From Pecten maximus (taxonomy: Eukaryota), in contig NC_047015.1 in NCBI RefSeq assembly GCF_902652985.1, positions 31,434,001-31,498,000 on the forward strand: DNA of 64,000 nt, in the 5' to 3' direction. The notes below the pieces were generated by a model, which was not told where the DNA came from, did no database searches, and was given only the letters and a program-made list of their open reading frames with translations. Every line of letters begins with the position of its first letter. Position 1 is the stretch's first letter. This document shows positions 1-15,800 of the stretch, piece after piece. The position numbers and the translations under genes are program-made.

Positions 1-3000
1 AAACAAATGTCAGGGCATAATTGATACTATGGCATTTCAAATTATGACATGAAATCGTACACGCTCATACAATAGTTAATTATCAGCTCATAAATTTGAT
101 CATTCACACTAATATTTAATTTTCTTACGCTTTCCGTACTAAGCAACGAGTTTTGGACAAAAATAGATTAAATTTAATCCATAAGTACATATTATTTTGA
201 CTTTCATTTTCAGATACATATTTAGAAGTAGTTATATCCTTAGGGTATCACAGAAAGACATTGCAACTGTTTTAGTTTTCGGCCTTCGTTACCCGGCTCT
301 CTGCAAACTACAGTTTAATGTGGATCATGTAAGTGTTTTCCAGTCTACAAACCTCCATCAAGATGTTAATACCAATCTTATATAATATGGACCATAATGT
401 TATACTTATGGCAAATCAATATATTTCAGACCTGCATACTCATTAGCATCTAATGATAGATTATCAGCATCGCTTACTAAAAAACATATGAAATGGCTCG
501 AGTTGGAAAGATGTTTAAAATGTTGGATTGTGATGATTTTCAAGAACTGGTGAAAGGGATGATAAACCTTCTTCAAATAAATCAACTTTATCAATTTTCT
601 TTCAACAAGTCCATGCATTTTAATTGCAAAAACAAAATGAGTTGTGAGGAAATACAGTTCTTATGACCATCATTAATCAAATCTATTATGGAACATTTTA
701 AAAGATATCTGGCTAACACAAGTAGTTTTTACATGAACCATCACAGAACTCGTTTACATAATTTCAAATGAAAACATCACAAAAAACACTGACGTCATAA
801 CTGATTATCACGTGATGAAATGCAGTATCAGAAATATCTCCAATTAAGCTCTTCATTTAAGTAAGAGTTTTATAATAAATCCAATAACCCTTATAATTGA
901 CTTTGAAATAAGGAAGTTATGTGCCGGAAAGTGTTATTAGACCCTTGAGATACCTTTCGTGCAAAACAAAATATTGAAAGAAGCAATTGCTTACAACAAT
1001 AAAAAATAAATAAATCCCATACATCAAATCTGAAGCATTAAATTCAATATTTCAATCTTAATGAAACAATTCTGATGCTTTTAATTCAATATTTCAATCT
1101 AAATAAAACATTCGCGTAAAGCATTCAGCGCGGAATTGATAAAGTGTACCTCGGAGATATTATATACAATATACCGTGAGACAAATGGTGTCATCATTTT
1201 ACGATGAAGTTAATACGAACCAAGTATAACTATTGCCGTACAAAAAACATTTGTAGTAGACGTTTTAGGTAAGGAAATACAGATATCGGAGGTATCTCTA
1301 TGTAGCTATAACTCAGAAAATGACAACATAGAATATCTTTATATAGAATACTTATCAGGATAATATTCATGGAACAGGTACTCTATTCTCGTTGATGATT
1401 ATTCATTGAAAACCAATGTGTGTTTTAATTTAAGCTCAGTACCCAGGCCGATACACAATACAGCTGCCATCGTCTTGGGTGACCTTATTGTGTTGATGGA
1501 TTTTTAACTTAAACCGGTATCAACCACGATGATCTTTTATCTCATTAAAAATACTTTTTCGACATAATACACTGTTATATGCGGTTATGAGTTCATAGTT
1601 TAACCGTTCCGGGCAGAAAAAGGCATCTCTCCTTGGTGTAATACTTCACACGTTTCGGATCAGAGTTATGATCTTATTTTTTTTGTATCATACGTGTTAA
1701 CTAATACCTTACGCTATCGTAAGAGTGAATAGCAAAGAAATAAATTACCAAACAAAAATTCCAAATGCTGCAGATGGCATAGCTGTGCTGTTTGAATGAC
1801 ACAGGGGCCAGATATGTAAATATACCGCGTGATGAATATTGTTTGTTTAATTAAAATCTCAATGTGTGTCTAGTGCTCTTCTTTTTTATAGACTTGGAGC
1901 GGTAAAAGTGTAACTGATAAAGTTCGGTAGTTGGGGAATACAGTAATTATCACTGTTTGCCGTGCACAAACATCAATTATCACTAGATGTCGTGCGCATA
2001 AAGCATTACTTGTCCACCCATCATTACAGTCATTAAGCTTACCTTTGTTTTTATCATTTTGTTTCTTCTGTTTTGTCTGTCATGTAACACTTTCAATTTG
2101 TAAATGTCTCTTGCAGAGAAAGAAGAGAAATGCGTGGGCTATATTTCAGCTGCAAGAGACCAATAGCTAGCTTTTGTGGCTGTCCGGTTGTTAGTCTAGG
2201 AACCGACGTTACACAACATCGAGCGTGGACAGGTGTTGTACGGATGCCCGCTCCGTTATATCCCCGATGCACGTTACAATTACTGGCAGCGAACAGTCCT
2301 GGTATCCAGTAGGAGGATCTCGGACAATGTTCCTTGAGACTTGTTGATGACTAGGATGTCTAGTCATGAGGCGGCACTGTTTTACAACAAGAGGGAGGAT
2401 TGGATGCCAGGTAAAACCCACACGAGGTTCGGGACAAAGTTCATCGGCGAATTCAATCCATGATGGGTTATTTAGCTGCATAGCCCGATAGCTATCAGAC
2501 ATAACACCAATTTCCGCCTCAAGATATCTGCGTATGTTGAACAACATGTATTGATCAAGTCGAATGTTCTTAGATATAGTTTATGTTCCGACTAATGACA
2601 TAACTAGGGTGAGATGGAGAAAGGAACCGATTGCGACCAGTGAAGCATTTTAACAAGTCTCTCGAAAATAGCAAAAGGAACCTCAACTGGCCCGACCTTG
2701 CCTGTCAGTGCGAACAGAACGTCAGTCGTCATACCACGCTATGGTAAGGTTAAATCCAATTCTGCCCGAAGCGTTCTGACAGCAGACGTACTCTTGCGAT
2801 TTACGTGTTTTACGTTGGAGACCCACCAATTCAATAACAAAGTAAAATTGACGTCTCTCTCTGGCTTTTATGGATTGGCTATCCAAATGTCATTAGGTGC
2901 ATGGGGCCGAAGGGGAAATAAACAATGGCCATGACACTTTGCTGACAACATATTAAACCGAACGACTACAACAGTAGGACCTGAGAGACACAACCCTTCA

Positions 3001-5059
3001 TCAAAAGGACCAGAAAGCACGGCAATATCAAACCGGAAACATATTCGTATCTCCGACAGGATGCGCCCCTGTCTCTGTTTCCAGTCACTTTTTTCATATG
3101 TTCAACCGATGTATCTTTAGTTAGTCAGTTGTTATATGACATACATGGCACTCATTCATGGCACTGTTCGAAAAGTCGATCTAGTTATTTGATATTTCAA
3201 ATACGTGATCTCTGATATCAAATATTTACATCAGACTTTTATTCAATGTAATTACTTTGCTGTGCATTTGCAGCAAACATGTCATTTTTTACAAATAAAA
3301 ATATAAGAAAAGTTTTGCAAAAACTACTAGTTTACCACCGAAACACTGAAATTTCAAATAAGCAGCCTATTCAAATGATGAATATGTTTTGGTCGGTACT
3401 CATAATGGTTAGTCCTTATTGAATATATATCCTAATATTCCGAGTGTCAACCAAAGTCAGAAAGCCTCGCCCATATCAAACCCCTCACATCCAAAAGAAC
3501 GTGTCCATTGGAATATTTATTCATAGTTTGTGAATGACCCTTTGTCGCAACGGAAAAGAAACAAAAAAACAGCCACATATAAGAAGCTACAGCGTTTTCA
3601 ACTATATTTTTACATCTTTTACTGCCATTTTGCACACATTGCTAAAAAAGTATATGAGAGTTTTGATTTGCTGGGGAAAAAATTCCGTACATGGTAATGA
3701 TAAGGTCATAACTTCAAACCGTAGTGTGACGTTAACCAGAATGCCCGGTTTGGTATCATTGCGCTGCCATACTTCATACTATAGTGTGATAGGGTTATAT
3801 AGTGGTGGTGTAAATACATGCATTCTTAAAATGGTGTTTGTCAAATAGATGAAAACAACTCAAACTGTTATATTATAGGGAATCTGATTATAAAGTAAAA
3901 GAAAGATAAATTACTTTCAATTCCTACACGAAATCATCGTTTAATTTATAGAGAAAACGGCTTCGAAGCTATGTGTCTTAAATCTTAAATCAATGCTGCG
4001 TATTTATGTCTAATCCCAAACATGATTCGAAAGCAATTTTCAGCTTCATAAATCGACGATGTCAACTTTTTGCTCAGAAAGATTAATATCTAGAGAGTGC
4101 TCACGGCCAGCTTAACTCAAGTTTAATGCACCCGATGTCGACAGTGCTGATGGCAAGCAGATAACCTCCATCGCATCAATCAATGGCGGACAAATTTATT
4201 TTTGTTTTCATTCCCCATGTCATGCTACCTTCGTCGCGTTTAGAATTTCATACAGAATACTTTTTTACAGAACATGATGCATTATACTTGACCTCCAGGA
4301 TGTTATCATAAATCCCTTCTTTCATTAAAATGTCCACCCACGTACTCCTCTGTTTCATCTAAGGTTCCGGCTAATTTCTTGAACCCCAACCGTGCCGGAA
4401 GCTGATGCATTCTCCGCCTTCTCCGGGTTAAATAACAAAACACAGAGGGATGTAAACCTTTCCGCGGCTAAAGTGATATCCTTCTCGAAAGAAATGACAA
4501 TTCAGATTAGAACCACGAGGTTAATTACAATGCTGCTATGAGTATATACATGGATAAATGGTGACCGTCCTAGTTATAGGATTCCTCATTTTCTGTCGAG
4601 TCCTAGAAATTACTGGAAATACAGTTTCCGTTGGTTCAAATATTGTTAACAAAAGTTTAAAGCAGACATTGTTTTTTATTTTTATGGAAACGATAAAGCG
4701 GAACCTTATTTTTCTCAATTAAATTGACTGTTAATGTACGCATTTTTCTATTGCATGCCGTGATGACTTGCATATCCTCGCGTGTCAATGATATAACAAT
4801 GTCTTGCATTGGTCAACAATCGAGACAGTACACGCAACGCATGTGGCTCACTATAAACATGAAGGCGTACAACGCTAATAAAACAATCTGCTATTCCCCC
4901 TCCAGCGATTATTTATGCCAAACCGACTCAGGAAGTAAAACTAATTTCTTGACATTTGACTAATTGACTCAATCAACAAGGAGAATCAGCGAGTAGTTTG
5001 TGTGTGTCGGCATTATCCACACTTAATGTTAATTAATTAAGTTATTAATAACCAAATGA

Positions 5060-5300
5060 GTGTGGTCGAGTGGCACAGCTGTACCACACTCGCCTTTTAC
5101 CTAAGCTACCGGGGTTCGATTCCCAGAAAAGGTGAAAAGGTATGGGGTCACCTGACCGACCACGTGGTTTTCCCCCGGGTACTCCGGTTTCCTTCCACAC
5201 TAAGACTCCCCGCGCGTTCCATTCGGGCCAACAAGACTAAATAATATAAGTTGATATGAATTGTTTAACAATTGTTGTAGAATGAAGAAAGTTTACAAAT
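5060..5300 (+). mobile_element. tRNA-derived SINE of a second family (shared V/Meta-type core, different head and tail)
   Basis: B box GGTTCGATTCC (~5114); core GGTTTTCCCCCGGGTACTCCGGTTTCCTTCCACA; approximate TSD AATAACCAAATGA / AATAATCAACTGA. Confidence 0.75.
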
Positions 5301-7647
5301 AATAATCAACTGAAGATGAAAAATGAGAATACCAGTATTAAACCTTAACCGTAATTAGCATACGCATCGTTAAAACGAGCCTAAAATAATAATACATTTC
5401 CAAATTTTCATTTTGGGCCATTGGAAAAAACAAGGAGAAAAAGAGCGTGTAGTCCTGGAGGATAAATGTCTTCTGCTTCATCGACAACACAAAACATACA
5501 AATCTATGTCAAATCCGGATTCTTTCACGTTCTCAAAATGAAAACTACTATGGTGAAAAGGAATTCCTAAACACAAACTTCATATCGCAAAAGGAAATAC
5601 AATATTTGTGACCATGTTGTATCCGTAGAGTTTAGGCTGATCTTATTCTAACACTTCTGACGGTTCTAAATACACTGACTAGTAATCAGCCATTATTCCT
5701 TTAGCCTCTTTTTGAACTTCCCATTTCCTTGACCAATCCGACAAGACATATTTAATTACATGTATATCTAATGAGGTTTACAACTGTAAACGTATGTTTG
5801 AGCAGAACAGATTTTAGTCCGTCATAAAATGGCGGTCTCATAGATTGGCGCATTAGCAGATTAGTGCATCCTGAATACCGGGTATGTAATCCAAAATAAT
5901 AAAGCGGAAGTTTTACTAAAATAATCATTACTTTAAGCATAAAACCTCTAACATATGTACGTTTTCAGTATATGTTGTTTATGTGTTAGTCATCCTTCGA
6001 ATTGTCGATTTCACATCAATCAATCAAATAGCCAGTATTAAAATAACATATACGAATTTAATGCCTTTAAGCGTATATCAGTTTTTAATTTATTCTCATA
6101 TTTGGTATGAAATTGACTAAGGTTATCACTCAATGTGTCACTTAAACACTGTGATCGGGTGACATTATATTCTGGCCCTGTAGTGCTATCACCGTTATCC
6201 AGTAAGAAAGGGAAATGACATTTGTGCTTTATATTGATTTTCTATCATGCCGGATGGAATTGACCTTATTTATTTACCAACTTATCACCCTCCCGAGGCT
6301 CCGACATGGATGATATCATGGTAATGAAAATATTGCGTTGCAGTGGCAGTTTGTCTCCCATTAATAGTTATTTTAAAGTTTAAAGTTACAAAATGTAAAA
6401 ATGTTTAGATGTGTTAAAATTACACCTACGTGTTCTCTGCATTCAAACTTATCTCTATTAGATTGACTTATCCTTAAAAACATTATAAAATTAAGCTGGA
6501 AATAAACGGGTAGACAAATAGGCTTTTTATGATATGAAGATAACAAATCTCGAAGCAGAAGGATCTTGGAGTTTGGTCTACAATTACATATCATATTTAC
6601 ACTGCCACGATCCAAAGCGATTTATCATCCGTGATTGTTTGGCCCTTCATGTGGTATCGATCTGATAATACAAATGCAAGGGTCTGCAACAAGCTGGCAT
6701 TCAATTCCTAGAACAAGTTAGGTTATGTTCCAGTAGAAACGGAAGCAAAATATCCGTCAATGTCCAGCTTTTCTGTTTTAAATATGCATTCATCTAGAGG
6801 CAACGACCAGGAGTGGTCGATATTGACCCGCATGAGATTGAAATTCCCATCCTTCAATTTACATGGCTAACACAAATCAATTTCAGTATATTAGTATTAA
6901 TTAACACTCTCTTTTAATATTTTTATCATGAACTTTAATGAACACTGAAACAACAAAATGATGCTTAAACCTGTAATGTCATAAAAGATGGCACTATACA
7001 CAATTCCTGTCGATATGGATTTGATTAAGCCTGATATCGTTGCCACTCTTGAGGCCTTGCAAAAGCTATCGCCAACTGGGACTTTAAAGTCAGTAGTGTC
7101 AAGCCCAACCAACGAAATCGAATAGCGTGTAAAAGGCGATTGATTACAACGAAATGTAATCATATTCGCTACACAGAAATACATACAAATATAGATAGCA
7201 ACTACATTCTTACTCATTCTTCTTTTGACACACACATGAAATTCATTTCCAATTTGACGGAAGTAAAACGGACACACAACGTGACCTTATTAGCTTAACA
7301 ATGTTAAAACCACGAACACATATCCGTATACAACATTGTTATGTATAGATTCGTGGAATAAAGCTATATTGTCAGCCTATTTCATTTTCTATCGGATGTT
7401 AAACGTGATGGTGTCTTGAATATATCGTTTATTATTACATACAATATGTTAGCTCTAGGCACCCTGTCATCACTCAGTCAATCACCAGAATGTCAACGTT
7501 ATCTTAATTAATCTACCAATAATATGGCGATAGCACTGTACGGATTATTGATACTGAGATCCAATGATAGTGATGTACTAACAAACGCTGTTCGGCAGTT
7601 TAATAATGCCTGCTACCTGTAGCCTGTCGTAGGGTTCATAATTTACA

Positions 7648-8658
7648 TACACCAGTGAATTATGTATGTACACCAATGAGCTATTTCTGTACACCAGTGA
7701 GTTATGTATGTACACAATTGAATCATGTCTGTACAACAGTGAGTTATGTATGTACACCAGTGATTATGCCTGTACACCAGTGAGTTATGTATGTACACCA
7801 GTGAATTATGCTTGTACACCAGGGAGTTATGTATGTACACCAGTGAGTTATGTATGTACACAAGTGAGTTATAAATGTACACAAGTTAGCTATGTCTGTA
7901 CACCAGTGAGCTATGTCTGTACACCAGTGAGTTATGTATGTACACCAGTGAGGTATTTCTGTACACCAGTGAGTTGTGTATGTACACCAGTGAGTTATGT
8001 ATGTACACCAGTGATTATGCCTGTACACCAGTGAGTTATGTATGTACACCAGTGAATTATGCTTGTACACCAGGGAGTTATGTATGTACACCAGTGAGTT
8101 ATGTATGTACACCAGTGAGTTATAAATGTACACAAGTTAGCTATGTCTGTACACAAGTTAGCTATGTCTGTACACCAGTGAATTATGTATGTACACCAGT
8201 GAATTATGTATGTACACCAGTGATTATGCCTGTACACCAGTGAGTTATGTATGTACACCAGTGAATTATGCTTGTACACCAGGGAGTTATGTATGTACAC
8301 CAGTGAGTTATGTATGTACACCAGTGAGTTATAAATGTACACAAGTTAGCTATGTCTGTACACCAGTGAGCTATGTCTGTACACCAGTGAGTTATGTATG
8401 TACACCAGTGAATTAAGTATGTACACCAGTGAGGTATTTCTGTACACCAGTGAGTTGTGTATGTACACCAGTGAGTTATGTCTGTACACCAGTGAGCTAT
8501 TTCTGTACACCAGTGGATTGTACACCAGTGAGTTATGTCTGTACACCAGTGAGTTACACCGGTTAGTTATTTCTGTACATCAGTGAGTTATGTCTGTACA
8601 CCAGTGAGTTGTACACCAGTGAGTTATGTCTGTACACCAGTGAGTTATGTCTGTACAG
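7648..8658. repeat. 21-nt minisatellite (GTACACCAGTGAGTTATGTAT) with higher-order structure
   Basis: About 48 units; a variant unit containing TTATAAATGTACACAAG recurs at 251 and 209 nt spacing. Confidence 0.95.
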
Positions 8659-11600
8659 TAGCGAATTTTATTCCTACACTAGTAAATTGTAAAGTGTCTT
8701 GTAACGATACCTTACGTCTTTAGCCTTTTGATAAAAACCACCAGGAAAAATCACTTCAATCCTTTTCCTTATATTTACTGCCCATACCTTTTTTTACACT
8801 AAAACATTTGCTGAAACACATCTTTGGAATACTATAAAGGTTAAATTGAAAAACATCGGGTTTTGACAGGCTTTGAAACATCAGTAAAGAAATAAAAAGA
8901 AATATATGAAAAAGTTTTATTTGACTTTCAACTAGAGAGTACCGGGAAAACGTTCGTTAATTTTATTTATCTAATTATCTATTTGATTTAATATGGCATA
9001 AATTGAATTACTTCCAAGCATTTGTACAATATAACACTTTTCTTACACTTGGAAATATTACGCGGCAGAATATTAAAGTAGCTGTGACGCGGCGTCCAAT
9101 TCAAACCGTAGACCTACTAGACGAACAGAAAGTTGGTTATTCAACTTCAAGTGCTTGAATTACGATCTGCTATGATAAGTTGAATTAAACAAACTGTTAA
9201 AAACATTGATTTCTAAGCATTCCAAAGGGGAAAGATGACATCATGGTCGACTGTGAAAGAGTTTATTCCAGACGGACACAGCGACACCAGTACACGTCGT
9301 ATGAGGAACAAATGGATTAACACATGAAAAAGCGAATGCAATGGATCATGTTTGATTTACAATTGATTTAAGATCATTTCCATCGACATACTGTATGTGT
9401 AGAACGTGTTTGGTTATTCGTAAAAAGGTGGTTGAAATACTGTGGCAAAACCACCGTATTCACGGTTGCTTTTTGCAGCTACAATCACAAATGCACTGAC
9501 AAAGTGAAAGTCGACTCTTTATGTGTAACTTGCAGATCTTCGTAAAACCAATCTCACACCGGATTTTGCTTGATATTGTTTCTCAGTATGTAATTAAGCC
9601 ATGCAAACAACACTGAAATCATAATATATGCATCTTTTATGTCAGACAGTGCAGGCACAACGGGAAAATGTAAACATTGGAGTTCGGGCTAGTGTATTAA
9701 TACGCGACACCGCGCCAAACTGTGCGTGGCCTACTGATTCTATTGAAAAATAACGTTTAGTAGCCTTTGGTTGAAATCAATACAGTTAATGATATCAATT
9801 TACCACTAACTGTATATACACATGTACTACTAGATGTATCCAAAGCGAGTTTCAATAAGTAGAAGTTAGAAAATAATCTCCTAGAATGAGTCGCAGAATA
9901 TCATCAACAAAACAAAACTGTCGGTTTCAACTGAGCTGAAGTAAGCTGTAACCATATATAATCCCATTTGAAATTCTAATCTCGTAGCTCCCGGGTCCTT
10001 CGGGGGACGTAACCTTTCCGAACAGTGACGATCGACCTGTAGGCGTTCGCTATTGACATGGATTACTGTTGTTTAAGGCAGTCAATGATCAATAACCCAC
10101 ATCATAGCATCACAGAACACGTTTTGTGTTTTCCCCCTGGAAAATAATTTTGAGGTAGAAATATGCATCAGTTCATAATGAAAAGAAGGTCATTCCATTC
10201 ATACTGATACAACACTTTTTAGTCACACGAACGTGATATTTCCACAGGGTGCACTCATGCCTCCGTACAGTGTGGTAAACTGGCAATATTCCAAAGGCTT
10301 AACCACAACAAACTATGTCTTTTAGTATTGGATAAACCTTACAACATTTATCACGTTATCGCCCTGTTATCCAGTTAATTCGCCTGTGTAACATGTAGGT
10401 CATTAGTGCAATATACTCTGGAGCGTTTTACATTGGCTTTATTCTGAGTTATGTGGTAAAAGATAGTTTCATTTTGCAAAGGCTCTCAAAGGAAAAAACC
10501 AACAACAAAACAAACAAAAAACTTCTAACACTCTTTCGTAAAATATAAGTTAAAAATTTACGTAAGATCGTATATATACTAACTATTAGATTGGATCTGG
10601 AATAATTTCTTCGATGATTTCTACTCAGGGGACATTGATACAATTATAAGGTCTGTTGTATTCACCTTCTGTTGTATTCAACTCCATTCAACCACCGTTG
10701 GCGACTTCAATTTGGAACTAAGCCTTGGTGGATCGATGATTTTCTTCCGAGACAAATACTTAACAGACATTGATATGACAAATATTGATCTACTTTCCTA
10801 TTACAAAACAACATTTTTTCCCCCTTTTTTTCGTTATGTTTTTTTCTCTGGTTTGCTGTGTTTACCTCTACTGCTTATATATATATGCTATATATCAGTG
10901 CAAATAGTTCAACAATCTTTTGTGTATGGCTTGTAGAAAAATTGTGAATTATGTGTTGCAAATTATTCAGCACTGGCAGCAGGGGGCAAAGAAAGTGAAA
11001 GAGACAATGAGTACCTAATAATAGTTCTGTCAATGCACATGTCTGGTTGAACAAGGGAAATTACACTGCGTCAGTTTCACACTGACGCTCCACCGGAAGA
11101 ATCCACGTGACAGCACCAAAGAAAATCAAGGCAGTGCCAGCGGAAGTTAAAACGTGACAGTGAAAGAGATGGCTAATGCTAAAGCACTACTACACGACTC
11201 CAATCTCGTCCCAGATGGATTCTTTAGAAGTGTGAGGAACAATTGTGAGGGACAATCGGTGGGTATTCTTTGCAAAACAGTTATTAGCCTTCTTTTAAAA
11301 ACTGCCGAAAGGAGGCATTAAAATAGGCACGTATACCATATGGACAAGCTGTTGATATATCATTTTCCTCTAAAAATTAATTATTCAAAGCGATTTAAAT
11401 CTCTCCCTTTTTTCATTTATCAGCTAATCCGTATAAAATGTTGGTACACAAATTGAAATATTGAATATTATGAGATGTTTGCATTAATTTGTCTTTAAGG
11501 TATTCAGTCTTTGAACACCCCATCGATATATTGCAGTGTATTAGTATCAGAAAAGACATAGGTCAAACACTTCTGTAAATCCAGTGAACAATGAGTTGGG

Positions 11601-12159
11601 CTTTGAAATAGAAACTATATAAATTACAAATACTTCTGACTGTGCCAGATGTGAAACAACTGCTTATCAACAGTATTTCTCATTCAGTGTTATTTTGTTT
11701 GAATAAGTTTGATGGCAACAGCTTGATATAATTTACATCTTAGATGATCAGGTTATGATAGTGGAAAAGTCGATAAAGTCTCTAATGAAAAAAATTATTG
11801 ATAAAATTAGTGCTGTGAGGATACCATTTGCTATCATTTCATCTCTAAGTAGAATGCCACAAAATTAGAGTACTGCTTCCTTCATATATGCAGTGTATAC
11901 CAACTAACATAAATCACAAGCATTAGGAATGCAGCAACAGATAATCTTATGCAATTTTATCATTTACATATCAAATGGTGCAGGATCATCAACACAATAA
12001 CATCAATTTGATAAGGAGCGGAGAAGAGTTTGAGTGTCCGAAGGTTTCCTTGTGCTGTTGTAAAGACATTTAAATACATATCCAATCAAAAGTATATTAT
12101 ATTGCATAACTTAACATAACTATCATTGATTTTAAAATATTCTAAATCAGCATTCAACT

Positions 12160-12890
12160 CCTTGGCTAAGACATAGTCACTGTCTTCATCTCCCTAGCTT
12201 AGAAATATTAACTGTGCTCATCTCTTTGGCTAAGACATATTCACCGTGATGATCGCGGCGTGATCGTTTCCCTGGCTAAGACATATTCACTGTCCTCATC
12301 CCCCTGACTACGACAGATTTACTGTGCTCATCTCCATAACTAAGACTTATTCACCATGATAGTTTCCCTGGCTAAGACATATTCACTGTGCTCTTCCTCA
12401 TGGCTAAGCCATATTCTCTGGGCTCATCTCCCTGACTAAGAAATAGTCACTGAGGTAATCTCCCTGACTAAGACATAGTCAATGTGTTCATCTCCCTGTC
12501 TAAGACATAGTCAATGTGATATTCTCCCTGGCTAAGACATAGTCAATGTGATAATCTCCCTGGCTAAGACATAGTCAATGTGATAATCTCCCTGGCTAAG
12601 ACATAGTCAATGTGATAATCTCCCTGGCTAAGACATAGTCAATGTGATAATCTCCCTGGCTATTGTTCATCTCCCTGGCTAAGACATAGTCAATGTGTTC
12701 ATCTCCCTGGCTAAGACATAGTCAATGTGTTCATCTCCCTGTCTAAGACATAGCCAATGTGTTCATCTCCCTGTCTAAGACATAGTCAATGTGTTCATCT
12801 CCCTGGCTAAGACATAGTCAATGTGATAATCTCCCTGGCTAAGACATAGTCAATGTGATAATCTCTCTGGCTAAGATATATTCACTGTGT
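12160..12890. repeat. 32-nt minisatellite (CTCCCTGGCTAAGACATAGTCAATGTGATAAT)
   Basis: About 22 units; homogeneous on the right, diverged on the left. Confidence 0.95.
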
Positions 12891-15800
12891 TTACCCCCTG
12901 CATCAACATTTTAAGCATCATGATTCACTGGAAATTACACAGTAGGAAATATGCATGCATATATTTTTTGGTAAACGGCATATTTGTTGTATATTACGTT
13001 GGAGAAACATCACGATAGCGAAATGACATACAAATTAGAACTCTTTGTAGTGTACAGAATAGAGTGCTGGGATTGCCTTCATACAGGAATTCCATACTTG
13101 GGTATAACATCAGATTGTGATTTAAAAACACTCCAATGTTGTATAAATATGGCAACAACTGTTACCATTAGCTCTTTATAGAAACAGGAGAGAAAACGAG
13201 TCTGGTTAATGTACCGTTTTCCATATCATCGATTCAGAGTCGATATATACAGCTGTGGACTCGGACACCAGATTGTGTAAATATTACACTTGTGTCTACG
13301 AACAAACTGAGTCTGTTTGGAGCTCAACACATGATTGTCATATTATTTGATTGACTATCAAATATGTAAACAACGACTTATTCCAGGCTAGTGATTGACC
13401 TCCAAGGCATGGCAAATGAGCTTTGTGACCAGATACTATTTATTACATTGGAGGACCACTCGATTGCCTTCTATCCTTAAATATATCCAAATATTCATCA
13501 TTAGATAAAAAAAAATAAGGGTTCTCATTCCTCTCCTCCTCTAACCACAAAACAAATTACGATGGTATCCATATCATTGCAATGACCGATTCAATGATAA
13601 AATGTTCGTATATATTTATCTTCCTAGAGAGAGAAATATCGCGAAAAAAGCTAAACACATTCACAGTATCATTCACAAAAAAACTTCAATCATTTGCTTC
13701 ACACTTATGGTTAAGCACGAAAATTCTATCCTTCCAAAATAATAGCATGATGGTATGTCTGTATTATCATCTGCGTGCAATGAATTTATATATTTTTTAG
13801 GGCCCAGTTGTTCAAAATGTGATTAGCTTAATCACTTGATTAGTGAAAATCTCATTTCACCTTTACTTCAAAACATATTTGTATGTATTAATTACAATGA
13901 GCAGGTAGGAATAGACTGACGAGTTTTATAGTTTCATAAAATTTTGCCAATTTATTTTTACCAGAAATGATTATAAAAGAAATAAATTGTTGTCAAGTGC
14001 AAAATAACAAAATGTATATATCATAACAACATAACAATCGAGTAGCCTAGTCAGCCTTTACCTTTGTGTCAGAGGTTTCTAATGGCAATCAAATGAGACA
14101 GAGTTAACCGAGAAGGAGGGATGATTGATGGAAATTGACACTGCATTTTGTCCATTATATCGATCTGGCAAATAAGCGATGTTCATTTGAGGAGAAGCGA
14201 CATAAGCCGTAGAGCAATCAAAGCGTCTAAGGTTTAATGCCATGTGATGCTTGGTGATGAATGAACTTCATGAAGTGATGAGACTTAGGTGTTTTGTGTT
14301 CTTGACCATGACACGTACATGACCTTATACCCTAACACAGTCCTCTAGAGTGAGCTACAGTAGGTTTCTGTGATATTGTTGTTTACTCTGCGATACTGAT
14401 ATGTAGTATTTATAAAGTGGATTTAGTTGTTGGAAAATGTATCCAAATACAAGAAGCAAGTACTTCAAACAACCAACCTGTGCGGAAATACATATGACGG
14501 TTGTATCCAATGCACTTCGTGATTAAGATAATTGATAGGCTATATCCAGGTCCGTGGCTTGTTTTTCTTCAGAGGACATTGTAGAACCAAATAATAAGGA
14601 CTGATATCGTCTATAACTTGGTGTCCATGAAAAATAGAGTTATTATTAAATGTCTGCTTAGAACGCATTGAAGAGGTCAAATCGATCCGATCCGCTGACG
14701 TTGTTGCAATACTTCTTATTTCTTACTATCACGTCTTTTTCCTTCCGTTTTTCTTGTTTGATCACTTACTCACTCGTCCTTGTGGGACCAAAATAAACAA
14801 AACAAATCATCGAATGACAATAACGAATGGACTTTTTTATGTCATCGACCCGATCCGGTCGATATTTGAAGCCGGAATCACATGTAAACACGCCAGCCGG
14901 GACCAACCATAACGTTACGTTTTGTGTGAATTCAAATTTTAAAGCCATGCACCAGCGAACAACATCTGCATGCACAATGCCAGTTTCATGACAGCAGACA
15001 TATACTCGGTGACAACAACAAAACATTGACTGTAATATGATCGATTTTTCATTTCAATATGATTACAAAATATCTGTTTTCCGAATGATTACAATAACGG
15101 TGCCTGACGTAGCTGTGGTGGTTGTCATTTATAATACAGGGACATGGATGATTTGTTTACAGAATAAATAATTAACTTTCAATCAACAGAATATGGAAGT
15201 GGGTCAATATATCGGTAACTTGAGTTAAAATCCAGGAAACTGTTAAACATATGGAAAAAAGAGAGAAAATGGGCAGAGGGGTAGGTCATATAGAAATTGT
15301 GTCACATCTCCATAGTGAAAAGAGCAACACATGGAAACAGAATATTTCCCAACGAGGTAATGCTGGCGGCTGTTAAAAATATGCATCAACCAAAATCACG
15401 ATATTCAGTACAAACATTTGAATAGTATTGACTGAAATAGCCTTTATCAGCTTAATGGCACTTCAAGGTATTACTGGAATTTAACATTTTGTTCTTTATG
15501 TATTCTTAAATTACAGTGAAAATACAAACGCCTTGGGGATCAAGGTTCGAACAATTTCCCGAGAAATAGGAAATCAGCAATAAGCTTTTTCGAAAATAAA
15601 CGGTGTAGCGTCCATGCTACATTTGATTTCTTTTGCAAATACCTTCAATGCCCAATGGTTGATTGGCTCAACGAAGAGAGATCGACCAAAACATACCAAT
15701 GAATAACTATTTGAAAGAAGGAATTAGTAATGTAGATGAGGCGGATAACGTTGATTATAAAGGTGTGGTCACATCGTTGATTACTTTGGTATGTTTTGAT

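Noticed and set aside
2209-2547. 112-aa minus-strand ORF
   Set aside because: No recognisable domain or supporting exon structure.
6897-7277. 126-aa minus-strand ORF
   Set aside because: No recognisable motif; length is within chance expectation.
7643-8586. Multiple 60-130 aa ORFs on both strands (VCTPVSY / HNSLVYI repeats)
   Set aside because: They are translations of the 21-nt minisatellite; no splice or homology support.
12160-12890. CRISPR-like appearance of 32-nt repeats
   Set aside because: Units are head-to-tail with no unique spacers, there are no cas genes, and the context is eukaryotic.
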